Assembly: GCA_030650095.1 (NCBI GenBank)
Contig: JAUSEE010000036.1
Coordinates: 6,490 to 70,489, forward strand
Direction: 5' to 3'
DNA length: 64,000 nt
Origin: Candidatus Buchananbacteria bacterium
Lineage (GTDB): Bacteria > Patescibacteriota > Patescibacteriia > 2-01-FULL-39-33
The notes beneath the pieces were generated by a model that was not told the origin of the DNA, did not search any database, and saw only the letters and a program-made list of their open reading frames with translations. Position numbers and translations under genes: made by a program. The first letter of the stretch is position 1, and every line of letters begins with the position of its first letter. Of the stretch, positions 19,750 to 29,579 are shown piece by piece.

Positions 19750-20082
19750 ATGGAAAATGACAAAAGGCAAAAACTGGAAATTGCCACGCTTAAAAGGCAA
19801 CTAAAGCGCGCCCAGCGGCACATTAAGAAATTAGAAAACATAGCCCGAATCAGGAAACAGGCTTATATAGATATCCGCGATGATGTTTCTCATGTTTGTG
19901 GGGAGTGGCTGGAATGTTTGTCTATTTTAGGCAAAAATTGGCGATCAAGATTCTTGGCTCAAAAGGCCTGGTTTGATTACAGTATGGATATTTTTCCAGT
20001 ATCACCAGAAGATCTAATGGACAAAATGAAGCAAAGCCGGCTCTTTGAAAACGGCGAAATACCCAAAATAAAAAACCTCTAG
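19750..20082 (+). CDS. Hypothetical protein with N-terminal coiled coil
   Basis: 110 aa, AAGGAG SD, terminator-like hairpin after the stop. Confidence 0.75.
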   Translation: MENDKRQKLEIATLKRQLKRAQRHIKKLENIARIRKQAYIDIRDDVSHVCGEWLECLSILGKNWRSRFLAQKAWFDYSMDIFPVSPEDLMDKMKQSRLFENGEIPKIKNL

Positions 20083-20115
20083 ATGATATCTGGGGGTTTT
20101 ATATTTTACTTATAT

Positions 20116-21903
20116 TTATTTTTTTAAGACCGCCAAGAAAGCATCTGAGGGTATATCCACTTTGCCAATATTCATCATTTTCTTTTTGCCTTTTTTCTGT
20201 TTCTCCAACAGTTTTTGCCTTCGGCTCCAATCTCCGCCATAAAGCTTGGCTGTAACATCTTTCTTTAAAGCCGATATCCTCTCGGCCGCAATTATCTTGC
20301 CATTTATGGCTGCCTGTATTTTAATCACAAACTGCTGTTTGTTTAATTCGTTCTTTAAAATATTCACTATCCTCTTGCCCACTTCGTTAGCGGAGTCCCT
20401 GTAGGTTATAAGGGAAAGCGCTTCTATTTTTTCTTCGGCTACCAGTATGTCCATTTTTACCACCTCGGCTTTTTGATAGCCGTAAAAATCATAATTCAAG
20501 CTGGCATAACCGGAAGAAACCGATTTTAACTTATCATAGAAGTCAACTATCAATTGGGTTAGGGGCACGTAGTAATGCAAAATGGCCACCTCCTGATCCA
20601 AGTATTCGGTATTGATGTAGGTCCCTCTTTTTTCCGTGGTCATTTGCATAATGCCGCCTAAATAATTTTTGGGCGTAAAAATATCAACCTGCATAATCGG
20701 CTCTTCCACATAATCTATGAAAGTCGGATCCGGAAATTCAACCGGATTATAAATAATTTTATGACTGCCGTCCTTATAAAAAACATTATAAGCCACACTG
20801 GGCGTGGTCACGATTAAATCCAGGTCGAACTCGCGGTTTAATCTTTCTTGGAAAATTTCCAAATGGAGCAGACCCAAGAAACCGCATCTAAAACCAAAAC
20901 CCAAGGCCTGGGAATTTTCCGGCTCGTACATGAGGGAGGCGTCGTTGAGTTTTAATTTTTCTATCGCCTCACGCAACTTGGAATAATCGCTGCCATCCTT
21001 ACAAAAAACCCCCGCAAAAACCATCGGCTTCACTTCTTGAAAACCAGGCAAAAGCTCTACCTGAGAACCTGATAAAGTAATGGTGTCGCCCACCTTCACT
21101 TGAGATACATCCCTTAGGCCTGTCACCACATAGCCTATTTCCCCTGTTTCCAATTTACCGCTCTTAACATACTGGGGCGAAAAATAACCGACTTCAATCA
21201 CATTGGCTAATTTTTTATTGGAAACAAATTTTATCTCCTGGCCGGTTTTAATCTCGCCTTCGAAAACCCGGATATAAGCGATCACACCTTTGTACTCATC
21301 ATAAGTGGAATCAAAAATAAGCGCCCGCAGATCTTTCCTCTCGGGCCACAAGTGCGGAGCCGGAACCTTTAAAATAACCGCCTTCAAAACTTCGGCCACG
21401 CCTTCGCCGGTTTTGGCTGAAACTTTATAAATTTCATCCTCCTTGCAACCCAAGATGCCCACGATTTCCCGGGCTACTTTTTCCACCTGCGAATTGGGCA
21501 AGTCTATCTTGTTGATTACCGGTATGATTTCTAAATTTTGATCCAAAGCCAAATACAAGTTAGCCAAGGTTTGCGCTTGTATGCCTTGAGTGGCATCAAC
21601 GAGTAGTATGGCCCCTTCCACCGACATCAAACTGCGCGAAACTTCATAGGTAAAATCAACATGGCCGGGAGTGTCGATTAAGTTTAATTCATAACCTTCA
21701 TAATTCATCTTAACCGGCTGCAATTTTATAGTGATGCCTCTTTCCTGCTCGATATCCATTTGATCCAAAATCTGGGCTTTCATATGCCTCTTATCAACTG
21801 TTCCGGTTATTTCCAACATGCGATCGGCTAAAGTGGATTTGCCATGATCAATGTGGGCAATAATGCAGAAATTTCTTATTTTTTCCTTATTTAATGCTGG
21901 CAT
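20116..21903 (-). CDS. lepA: Translation elongation factor 4
   Basis: IRNFCIIAHIDHGKSTLADR, ERGITIK, DTPGHVDF, GFRCGFLGLLH, KDVTAKLYGGD. Confidence 0.98.
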   Translation of the reverse strand: MPALNKEKIRNFCIIAHIDHGKSTLADRMLEITGTVDKRHMKAQILDQMDIEQERGITIKLQPVKMNYEGYELNLIDTPGHVDFTYEVSRSLMSVEGAILLVDATQGIQAQTLANLYLALDQNLEIIPVINKIDLPNSQVEKVAREIVGILGCKEDEIYKVSAKTGEGVAEVLKAVILKVPAPHLWPERKDLRALIFDSTYDEYKGVIAYIRVFEGEIKTGQEIKFVSNKKLANVIEVGYFSPQYVKSGKLETGEIGYVVTGLRDVSQVKVGDTITLSGSQVELLPGFQEVKPMVFAGVFCKDGSDYSKLREAIEKLKLNDASLMYEPENSQALGFGFRCGFLGLLHLEIFQERLNREFDLDLIVTTPSVAYNVFYKDGSHKIIYNPVEFPDPTFIDYVEEPIMQVDIFTPKNYLGGIMQMTTEKRGTYINTEYLDQEVAILHYYVPLTQLIVDFYDKLKSVSSGYASLNYDFYGYQKAEVVKMDILVAEEKIEALSLITYRDSANEVGKRIVNILKNELNKQQFVIKIQAAINGKIIAAERISALKKDVTAKLYGGDWSRRQKLLEKQKKGKKKMMNIGKVDIPSDAFLAVLKK

Positions 21904-22014
21904 AAAATTAAATCGTTAGGCTACATCATAACAGGAAAAACTTTTAAAATCAAGGAGTTAGGCTATGCTTTTTAAGCTGATAAATAAACACTTCCTTTAA
22001 TCAGAAACATTTAA

Positions 22015-23715
22015 TTAAGCTCCAGTTCCCTCTTGACTGGTGTCCTCGATAACTTTGACATTCTTAAATAATTTACGTTGCAAAGAAGCCATAAATATAG
22101 CCATCTCTTCCATATGAAGCAGATAACCCAAAAGCCAATAACCCAAGAGGCCGACGCTGCCAGCCACAAATCCTTGCAAGAAAATGCCTAAAAAAGTTTC
22201 TGTCATCACAAATAGATCCAGGAGTTGCAAACAGTAGTAGGCGAAAAGCCCGGCGCCCAGAGACGAAAAGATTATCCTAATAGATGAATCCAGCATTTTA
22301 CGCCCGTCCAACCGGCCGATTTTTTTTCTAAGAGCCAGCATTAAAATAAACAAATTGAAAACAGCCGAAACAGAAATAGCCAGTGGCATAGCCAGCACTC
22401 GCAAATCAGTGGCATGCCAGAGATCGGGCACTTTTAAAATGGCGACCGTAAAAAAAGAAAACCAATTATCAAAACTAAAAACCCAGGCAAAGAAAAACAG
22501 GCAGCCCAAATTAACCAGCAAATCAATCAAACCGATGAAAAATGGCGTTTTGGTATTATGCAAAGCATAAAAGCCTCTGATAATAAGAGGCAAGGCGCCT
22601 TGAGCGAACAGGCTCAAAGCGAAGATAGCCAAAACAGCCGCTGTTAACCTGGTATCAATCCAACTAAACTCGCCGCTGCCCAAAATAACACGCACCACTT
22701 GGGCCCGCAAAACATAAAGCAGAATAGAAATCGGCACGGTAAAAAATAATATCTGCCTGAAGGTGGAAGAAAGAGTGGCCACAAAATCATCAATTTTTTT
22801 GCCGGCCGCCAAAGACGACAAAACCGGTAGAGCAGCTACGGCAAAAGAAACGCCAAAAATTCCCAAAGGAAAACTTTGCAAATTATTAGCCAAATTGTAG
22901 ATGGCCAAAGAACCGGCCATCAAGGTGGAAGCGAAAATAGTGGTAATCAAAAAATTAACCTGATTGATAACCAAGGTTAGGGTTCTAGGGATCATTAACT
23001 TTCCCACCTTTCTGACATTTTTATTTCTAAAGCCGAAAACTAATTTATATCTGTAACCGGTAAAGAAAGTGGCTGGCAACTGGATAATCATATGCATAAA
23101 AGAACCCAAAACCACGCCCCAGGCCAAACCGTAAATGCCAAAATAAGGCACCAGATACAAAGCGCCAACGATTATGCCAACATTGTAGAATACCGGCGCC
23201 AATGAATAAATAAAAAATCTTTTATACGATTGCAGAATTGAACTTAAAATAGCCGATAGTCCCAAGAAAATCGGAGACAAAAACATTATTTTGGACAATT
23301 TTATCACCACGGCCATTTTTTCCGGAGAAAAGCCGGGAGTTATCAGGGGCATCAGATAAGGAGCGCTAAAAAATAAAATAACGCAAACTGTTATGATAGC
23401 TACAAAAGCAATGTTTAAAATGCTATTGATAAAATGCCAGGCTTCTTTTTTATGGTCGAATTTTTTATCCAAAAGAGCCGTAAAAACCGGAATGACGCCG
23501 GCCGAAATCGCTCCTAAAATCAAAAGGTTGTAAACCAAATCAGGCAAACGAAAAGCGGCATAGTAAGCGTCCAGCACATCGCCGGCGCCGAATTGGGAAG
23601 CTAAAACCCTGTCCCTGAACACTCCCAAAAACCGGCTAACCAAAGACAAGGCACCGATAATAATGGCCGCTGAAGTGATTGTTTTAGCTTGTGAATTTAT
23701 TAATTTTTTAAACAC
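22015..23715 (-). CDS. murJ: Lipid II flippase MurJ (MviN)
   Basis: SRFLGVFRD, DAYYAAFRLPD, multiple TMs, RGFYALHNTKTP. GTG start. Confidence 0.95.
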   Translation of the reverse strand: MFKKLINSQAKTITSAAIIIGALSLVSRFLGVFRDRVLASQFGAGDVLDAYYAAFRLPDLVYNLLILGAISAGVIPVFTALLDKKFDHKKEAWHFINSILNIAFVAIITVCVILFFSAPYLMPLITPGFSPEKMAVVIKLSKIMFLSPIFLGLSAILSSILQSYKRFFIYSLAPVFYNVGIIVGALYLVPYFGIYGLAWGVVLGSFMHMIIQLPATFFTGYRYKLVFGFRNKNVRKVGKLMIPRTLTLVINQVNFLITTIFASTLMAGSLAIYNLANNLQSFPLGIFGVSFAVAALPVLSSLAAGKKIDDFVATLSSTFRQILFFTVPISILLYVLRAQVVRVILGSGEFSWIDTRLTAAVLAIFALSLFAQGALPLIIRGFYALHNTKTPFFIGLIDLLVNLGCLFFFAWVFSFDNWFSFFTVAILKVPDLWHATDLRVLAMPLAISVSAVFNLFILMLALRKKIGRLDGRKMLDSSIRIIFSSLGAGLFAYYCLQLLDLFVMTETFLGIFLQGFVAGSVGLLGYWLLGYLLHMEEMAIFMASLQRKLFKNVKVIEDTSQEGTGA

Positions 23716-23784
23716 TTGACAAATTAGTTTATTTATTGTAGCATCTTGATATCAGCATTGAACATTCAACAAGAGGAGAAAATA

Positions 23785-24003
23785 ATGAAACGCGATTACT
23801 TTACTGATATCATATTATTATTTTTTATATCTACAACATCTTTGATATTATGCGGCATATCTGGCTCACCATTTTGGGGTGTGATAAGTATTGGTTTTTT
23901 GATTATCGGCATTAAATATGATGAGCTATATAAAAATAAAGAGTTACTTAAAAAGCTGGAAGAACTCAAAGCTATATTAGAAAAGAATCAGACACCACAA
24001 TAA
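23785..24003 (+). CDS. Small 2-TM hypothetical protein
   Basis: GAGGAG SD before MKRDYF. TTGACA-17-TAGCAT promoter at 23716-23744 abuts the murJ start. Confidence 0.7.
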   Translation: MKRDYFTDIILLFFISTTSLILCGISGSPFWGVISIGFLIIGIKYDELYKNKELLKKLEELKAILEKNQTPQ

Positions 24004-24021
24004 CTCCAGTTGGAGTTATTT

Positions 24022-25164
24022 TTATTTTCCGCTGATTTCACTGGCGATCATCAGCTCTTCATTAGCTTCCACCACCACTGATTTAAAAGAACCTAAAAAT
24101 TTAATTTGCTTTAGAATCATTTCCCTGACAACCGGGCTCCTCTCCCCTATGCCGCCACTGAAAGTAATCAAATCAACTCCGCCCAAAGAAGCAGACAATC
24201 GGCCGATCTGGCCAACGATGCTATAAATAAACATAGCCAGCGCCAATTTAGAATCGGCTTTTTGCTTAGCAGTAAAATTTTTAGGCGCCTTGTAGCCTAA
24301 AACCTTTTTACCGCTGGCTGATAAAATCTCGCGCATATCGGTGGTGCCGGCCAGTCCCAAAAGGCCTGATTTTTTATTGAGCAAATCGTTTATTTCACTG
24401 CTTTTCATTTTGAGTTCATCAATCATATAAAGCGGTATGTAGGCATCCAAATCACCGGCCCTGGTGGACATGATCAAACCGCTTAGCGGCGTAAAGCCCA
24501 TAGTGGTATCAATGGCCTCTCCATTTTTGGTAGCCGTCAGGCTGGAGCCGCTGCCTAAATGGCAAGTGATTATTTTAGCTTGGCTTATTTTTAGCTTGGC
24601 TTTTTTAGCGCCAAGAATAGCTGAATATTTGTGCGACAAGCCGTGGAAGCCGTATCTTCTGATGCCTAAATTATAAAATTTTTCCGGCAGGGCGTAACGC
24701 TTGGCATAATCAGGCAAGGTGTAGTAATAAGCCGTATCAAAAACGGCCCAGTGTTTGGCTTGGGGCAAAAGCTTTAAAGCAGCCGAAGCGCAAGACAGGT
24801 TGATCGGATTGTGCAGGGGCGCCAATTTATTATACTGCTCTAATTTATTAATGGTATTTTTATCCAACTTAAGCGGCTTTTGAAAAACACCACCGCCATG
24901 CACCACCCGATGACCGACTAATTTTATCTCCGGCAAAATAGCGCTAAGATTATCAGTAACCTCTTTGAGAGCCAAGCTGTGATTTTTAATACCTCTTGGA
25001 TATTTTTTAATAGCTTCTCCTTGGACTGATTTAACCACTAAGAAAGAATCCCTCAAACCGATGCGTTCCACAATGCCGTTTATTTCTTGAGATAAATCCA
25101 AAGCCGAAAAAACCTTGAACTTCAAGGTGGCGCTGCCGGAGTTGATAATCAATATTTTGTCCAT
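24022..25164 (-). CDS. ackA: Acetate kinase
   Basis: ILIINSGSATLKF, GHRVVHGG, LAPLHNP, VFDTAY, RRYGFHGLSH, CHLGSGSS, DTTMGFTPL, ANEELMIA. Confidence 0.97.
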   Translation of the reverse strand: MDKILIINSGSATLKFKVFSALDLSQEINGIVERIGLRDSFLVVKSVQGEAIKKYPRGIKNHSLALKEVTDNLSAILPEIKLVGHRVVHGGGVFQKPLKLDKNTINKLEQYNKLAPLHNPINLSCASAALKLLPQAKHWAVFDTAYYYTLPDYAKRYALPEKFYNLGIRRYGFHGLSHKYSAILGAKKAKLKISQAKIITCHLGSGSSLTATKNGEAIDTTMGFTPLSGLIMSTRAGDLDAYIPLYMIDELKMKSSEINDLLNKKSGLLGLAGTTDMREILSASGKKVLGYKAPKNFTAKQKADSKLALAMFIYSIVGQIGRLSASLGGVDLITFSGGIGERSPVVREMILKQIKFLGSFKSVVVEANEELMIASEISGK

Positions 25165-25173
25165 TTTTTCAGT

Positions 25174-25248
25174 TTAGCTTAATTTAGACTGAACGATTAA
25201 AACTATAATAACAGCTACGACGATTACCGCCACGAAAAAATAAAGCAT
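25174..25248 (-). CDS. Putative 24-aa TM micropeptide between pduL and ackA
   Basis: MLYFFVAVIVVAVIIVLIVQSKLS. Fills the intergenic gap with 4-nt and 9-nt spacings. Confidence 0.45.
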   Translation of the reverse strand: MLYFFVAVIVVAVIIVLIVQSKLS

Positions 25249-25252
25249 ATTT

Positions 25253-25828
25253 TTATTTATTAATTAAATCGCCAAAGCCGCAAACTCCGCCCAAGAGTGA
25301 AGCGTTGCCTTCATCTGTGTCCAAATGAAGCGACAAATCAAAATTATCATCTATCCTCACGGCGATATTATGGAAAGTCAGGCTTCTTTCGCCAATAGTT
25401 TTAACTGATAGCAATTGGCCGTTTTTTAGATTTAACTTCTTGGCCTGCTTGGGGTTGCAATGCAGATGGCGCTGGGCGATAATTATGCCTTCTTTGATTT
25501 TTATTTCGCCTTTCGGACCGATAAGCGTTCCAGAGATAGAACCAGCCACATTACCGGAGAGCCGGACCGGCGGATTTATTTTTAATTTTCTGGCATCGGT
25601 TACAGAAATTTCCACCTGGGTTTTTTCCCTTAACGGACCGATTACCCTAATTTTATCTATCTGCCCGCCTTTAGTTTTAACGGTAACCGTGTCGCTGGAA
25701 GCGAATTCGCCGTGCTGGGACAGATTTTTTAAGGGTTTAAGTTTGTAACCCAATCCAAAAAGGCTCTCTAAATCTTTTAAAGAGAGATGAAGATGGCGAG
25801 CTGAAACTTCTATTCTTACTTTGGACAT
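25253..25828 (-). CDS. pduL: PduL-type phosphotransacylase
   Basis: VSARHLHLS, RVIGPLREKTQVEISVTDAR, PPVRLSG, IIAQRHLH, LHLDTDEGNA. Confidence 0.95.
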   Translation of the reverse strand: MSKVRIEVSARHLHLSLKDLESLFGLGYKLKPLKNLSQHGEFASSDTVTVKTKGGQIDKIRVIGPLREKTQVEISVTDARKLKINPPVRLSGNVAGSISGTLIGPKGEIKIKEGIIIAQRHLHCNPKQAKKLNLKNGQLLSVKTIGERSLTFHNIAVRIDDNFDLSLHLDTDEGNASLLGGVCGFGDLINK

Positions 25829-25834
25829 AAATAA

Positions 25835-25873
25835 AGGGATCCCTCCAGGCGCTCTCGCTTAGTCGGGATGACA
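25835..25873. repeat. REP-like arm (GGGATCCCTC...CGGGATGACA family)
   Basis: Matches 44179-44218, 44664-44735 and 55927-55986. Confidence 0.75.
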
Positions 25874-25959
25874 ATATAAAATTATGTTGTCATTTTATCA
25901 TTTTTAAAGAAATAAAAAAAGCCCTACTTGCGCAGGGCTGGTTGTTTTTGGTTTAATGT

Positions 25960-26730
25960 TTAATATTCAAAACCAATGTTTATATCGACGACGCCGCCGG
26001 CAAACGGTATGGGAAACAAGCCGTCGACAGCATCGAAAATATCAAAGTTCAAATCAGTGGAATAAGTTACTCCATCCAGATCGGTTAGATCCATATAGGA
26101 GGTAAAGCCGTCAAAATTTATAGGCAGCCAAGCGGAGAAATTAAGCGCTACCCCGGATTTCACATAGGAAATAAAATAGTTTGATCCATCACCAGTTACG
26201 ATAACCGCATCGCCGGTGTTTCCCCAATTGCCGGGAAAATCGGAAATTTGGAATTCAAACAGGTAGAGATCAACCAACCCAAACAGGATGTTCAAATCGG
26301 TTGTCTGGCCGGATAAAACTACCAACAGAAGCTGGTCCACAAACAATCTCTTATCCCCGCTGTCATAAGCTTCTGTATAGATGCTGTAGTGGGCCGGAAT
26401 AATAGAGAGCTGGCTATAGTAGTTGCCGGCGCTATCAATCTCTACCACAAACGGATCGGGGTAACTATTGGTCTGACTGGGCGGCACGGATGTGTCTTCG
26501 CCAAACCAGATCTTGATGTAATCAATTTTGGTCTTAAGCAAATCACCGATTTGCGTCTGAGTGAGAAGTTTGGAAGAATCAAAAATGTTTCCAGAGATAA
26601 CAACTTGGCCGAGTGTCTGCGGATTTGGTGGTTCGCCTTCCGGCGGACTACTTATATCCGCCGGAGGACAACCCACTGTAATTAAAGCCACGAAAATAGC
26701 CAAAATTAAGTAAGTCATCCTCTTTTTCAT
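25960..26730 (-). CDS. Predicted lipoprotein (paralog of 28009-28890)
   Basis: Signal peptide with lipobox ITVGC, AAGGAG SD. Confidence 0.8.
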   Translation of the reverse strand: MKKRMTYLILAIFVALITVGCPPADISSPPEGEPPNPQTLGQVVISGNIFDSSKLLTQTQIGDLLKTKIDYIKIWFGEDTSVPPSQTNSYPDPFVVEIDSAGNYYSQLSIIPAHYSIYTEAYDSGDKRLFVDQLLLVVLSGQTTDLNILFGLVDLYLFEFQISDFPGNWGNTGDAVIVTGDGSNYFISYVKSGVALNFSAWLPINFDGFTSYMDLTDLDGVTYSTDLNFDIFDAVDGLFPIPFAGGVVDINIGFEY

Positions 26731-26748
26731 CTGTCTTCTCCTTTTTCT

Positions 26749-26964
26749 TTAAGGTTTCTGAACTGGTTTCTTGCTTTTTGATTTACTTCTAATAGCCAAG
26801 TAAGCGATGATAGCGCCAAAAGCGATATAACTAGTCTTATGAACCAATTGAGCTAAAAAGCTAGTACCATTATAAATATTAATGCCAATGGCCACATCGA
26901 TAATCTCCAAGAATAGTGAGCCAGCTAATACTCCAAATATACAGACAAAATAGCTTTTCATCAT
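26749..26964 (-). CDS. Small 2-TM protein (paralog of 29173-29433)
   Basis: AAGGAGG SD. IDVAIGINIYNGTSFLAQLVH motif is shared with the 29173 ORF. Confidence 0.75.
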   Translation of the reverse strand: MMKSYFVCIFGVLAGSLFLEIIDVAIGINIYNGTSFLAQLVHKTSYIAFGAIIAYLAIRSKSKSKKPVQKP

Positions 26965-27112
26965 TTCCTCCTTATTCTTTCTCCTCTGATTTTAAGTTGT
27001 AAACGAACAACTCAACACTTGATAATATCACACTTTACTAGTATTGTCAATAGGTAAATTTTAAGTAAACTAAGGAATAAAAAAGCCTGAATTTTTTAGA
27101 TTCAAGCCGAGT

Positions 27113-27658
27113 TTAATGAGCTAAACCAAGAAATGCCCTAACTAGTGTTTTCATTTTATCCGGCGGTGGCAAAACTGCCCTTTCGATTTCCATACAATAG
27201 CCGTATTCTATAATCTGGAAAAAAACAGCCACGATTTTGCCAGCCAGTTCATCAATATTTGAGCCGTAGTATTCAATGATGGAATTGCAAATCCTAAGCA
27301 TGGCATTAACCTTGCCATCCTCGCAAGACCGAAAATCGGTGCGCACGCCCACGACAATCTTGCGCCTATTTTTTCCCTTGCGATAACCTATTTCTATGCA
27401 AGTTCCAGAATCAACATCAGCGCCGTCTAAAATAGCCAGGGCTAAATCATGTTTTTCGGCATTAACCAAATTGTGGCGATACAAAGCTTCAAAATCAAGC
27501 CCAGTCTTAGCTTTAAACTTTTCACCCTCTTCTTGGGGTAAAATAACTCTTAGAAATCCCTGGCTTTTTTTCCTGATGGCCTCGGCTAAATTTAAATTAA
27601 ATTGCCTTTCCGCCAAAGAAAAAAGCGGGCCAAATATTATCACCGACAAAGAATACAT
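27113..27658 (-). CDS. Nucleoside 2-deoxyribosyltransferase / Rcl-like N-glycosidase family protein
   Basis: GPLFSLAERQFN, LPQE, AILDGADVDSGTCIEIGY, RTDFR. Confidence 0.85.
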   Translation of the reverse strand: MYSLSVIIFGPLFSLAERQFNLNLAEAIRKKSQGFLRVILPQEEGEKFKAKTGLDFEALYRHNLVNAEKHDLALAILDGADVDSGTCIEIGYRKGKNRRKIVVGVRTDFRSCEDGKVNAMLRICNSIIEYYGSNIDELAGKIVAVFFQIIEYGYCMEIERAVLPPPDKMKTLVRAFLGLAH

Positions 27659-27755
27659 AAGTCTTCTCCTTTTGGTTGTTTTCTAAAGTGCTAGCTTATA
27701 TTTATACCAGTGGAGCAAATTTGTCAATTGGATTAAATAAACCATTATACCATTA

Positions 27756-27935
27756 TGTCATTGCAATCCGCCCTGGGCCGCAATGACAAATTACTCCTCC
27801 CCTTGGAAAGGGGAGGCCGGGGAGGGGTTTTTGAGGCATCAGTATAAACCTCCCCCTAACCCCTCCCTGCCTACCGGTAGCACGCCGCCAGAGGCTATGG
27901 CCGACGGAGCGCAGGCAGGCTTGACCAGGAGGGGA
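27756..27935. repeat. Cluster of nested palindromic repeats
   Basis: A mini tgtcattgc...gcaatgaca palindrome, then CTCCCCTTGGAAAGGGGAGG-type arms, one interrupted by cctgcctaccgg...gcaggcagg. Confidence 0.75.
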
Positions 27936-28008
27936 AAATAAAAAATAAAAAAACCCGCAAGTGCATCTCTGCAATTGCGGGGGGTAATTTAATCAAAAAG
28001 AACTAATT

Positions 28009-28890
28009 TTAATAAACCTGGAAATCGATATCAACATCGATTTCCCCCAGCCAGTTAACTGGCGCGTAGGGAATGTGCATCGGCCCATCGCCTGTGACGT
28101 CAAAGACGCTGAAGGCGAGACCGGAAGCGTAGTACTTGTCATTTGCGTCTTGCGCGATGACAGCCGATTCATCCAGCGAGCCGGAGAAATCAATCGGCAA
28201 ATAAGCCGAGAAGACGATAGACGAGTTACCGTACCAGTCATACCAGCGATAATAGTCGGCGTAATAATCGTTATCGCCGTCGATAATCGAGGCTTGGCCG
28301 AAATCGCCATACTCGCCGGGCAGGCCGTCGACAACAAACCGAAACTGCAAGTAATTAGTCAACTGAAAAACCACCTGCAAAGTCGATGACATGCCAAGTC
28401 CCACTTCTATGTAAGAGTTGGCGTAAAAGTACAGGATCCCGTCCTGACCGTAGGCGCTGACATAAACATCATACGCTCCCGGCCTAATCAGGAAACTGCC
28501 CTGGAAGACGCCGTCAACCACATCGATAACAAAATCCTGTCCTCCCATGCCGCCTCCGCCGCCTCCGCCGCCGCTGTCGCCACCTTTGTTGGTGCTATCT
28601 TCGGTGGGAATGGGAACAGGAACATTCGCCGGCCAAAACGAGAACTGCATGGTGGTGATCTGAGGTTTCAGATGATCCACTATGGAGTTCCAGTTGATTG
28701 CCGTACCGGTATCCGCCTTGTCAGCCGAAACCTGGATCAACGACTTTGTCGCATTGAGATCGCCCTGGACAGTCACCTGTCCAAAGCCGGCCGGGATACT
28801 GCTATCCGGAACTTGGTTAACTGGCGCCGTCGGGCAACCAGCCAAAGCCAAGACCGCTATCAACACCAGACATACAATCTGCTTTCTCAT
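28009..28890 (-). CDS. Predicted lipoprotein with Gly-rich linker (paralog of 25960-26730)
   Basis: MRKQIVCLVLIAVLALAGC lipobox, AAGGAG SD, visibly higher GC than its surroundings. Confidence 0.8.
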   Translation of the reverse strand: MRKQIVCLVLIAVLALAGCPTAPVNQVPDSSIPAGFGQVTVQGDLNATKSLIQVSADKADTGTAINWNSIVDHLKPQITTMQFSFWPANVPVPIPTEDSTNKGGDSGGGGGGGGMGGQDFVIDVVDGVFQGSFLIRPGAYDVYVSAYGQDGILYFYANSYIEVGLGMSSTLQVVFQLTNYLQFRFVVDGLPGEYGDFGQASIIDGDNDYYADYYRWYDWYGNSSIVFSAYLPIDFSGSLDESAVIAQDANDKYYASGLAFSVFDVTGDGPMHIPYAPVNWLGEIDVDIDFQVY

Positions 28891-28941
28891 CGTCTTTCTC
28901 CTTGTTTCTTTGTTTTTCTTTTCTCTCTTCCGCTTCAACAA

Positions 28942-29040
28942 CTAGAAAATCCATGATTTGATCATGGACATCAAACCCATCCAAGCAAACACCCCCACCG
29001 CCAAAAAAACACGATTAATCAACCATATTTTGTTTTTCAT
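28942..29040 (-). CDS. Putative 32-aa TM microprotein
   Basis: MKNKIWLINRVFLAVGVFAWMGLMSMIKSWIF, AAGGA SD. Confidence 0.5.
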   Translation of the reverse strand: MKNKIWLINRVFLAVGVFAWMGLMSMIKSWIF

Positions 29041-29059
29041 AATCCTTTCCTTTTTTAAA

Positions 29060-29170
29060 CTAGAACCAAAATACCGCCACTAAAAGACATGCACCGACAA
29101 TGGTACCAACCGCCACGATTAATGTGGCCGTCCCAATGCCGACAAAATCACATTGATCACGGTAACTCAT
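29060..29170 (-). CDS. Putative 36-aa TM microprotein
   Basis: MSYRDQCDFVGIGTATLIVAVGTIVGACLLVAVFWF, AAGGAG SD. Confidence 0.55.
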   Translation of the reverse strand: MSYRDQCDFVGIGTATLIVAVGTIVGACLLVAVFWF

Positions 29171-29172
29171 TT

Positions 29173-29433
29173 TTAATTCTCCTTCTTTTCCCGTTTAAAC
29201 GACAATAATAGACTGGATGCCAAAGCACCCCATAAGAAAAAACCTAAATTGTGAAAACATTGAGCAAACCCGCTCGTGCCATTGAAATCAACTCCCAAGA
29301 GTAGATCTATGGTTACAAGTGAGATTACACCCAAAACAACCAATAGCAATAAACAAACTATCTTTTTCATGGTTACACTCCGGTTTGTTGCTGTTTTGTT
29401 ATTCGTTAAACTACGGGCTGGAACAATTATCAT
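29173..29433 (-). CDS. Small 2-TM protein (paralog of 26749-26964); alternative start at 29370
   Basis: IDLLLGVDFNGTSGFAQCFH motif. SD-like sequences before both possible starts. Confidence 0.7.
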   Translation of the reverse strand: MIIVPARSLTNNKTATNRSVTMKKIVCLLLLVVLGVISLVTIDLLLGVDFNGTSGFAQCFHNLGFFLWGALASSLLLSFKREKKEN

Positions 29434-29444
29434 CTCTCTTCTCC

Positions 29445-29579
29445 TTAAAGTTTTCCGGAAACTGCTAAAAAGACAAACATTAGAACAAGCATGATGCCAG
29501 CTAACATTAAGCCGCACCCGCACCTCTCCCTTCGTTTATCGATTTTGTCAATTTCCTCCGGTGTTAGATGTTTGACCAT
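29445..29579 (-). CDS. Putative 44-aa TM microprotein
   Basis: MVKHLTPEEIDKIDKRRERCGCGLMLAGIMLVLMFVFLAVSGKL. First gene after TTGACA-17-TATTAT (29620-29648). Confidence 0.55.
   Translation of the reverse strand: MVKHLTPEEIDKIDKRRERCGCGLMLAGIMLVLMFVFLAVSGKL

Noticed and set aside
27753-27974. 73-aa minus-strand ORF
   Set aside because: Made up almost entirely of palindromic repeat sequence.
28545-28580. GCC/CCG run as a regulatory microsatellite
   Set aside because: Encodes an in-frame poly-Gly linker of the lipoprotein. A similar linker is at ~56930.
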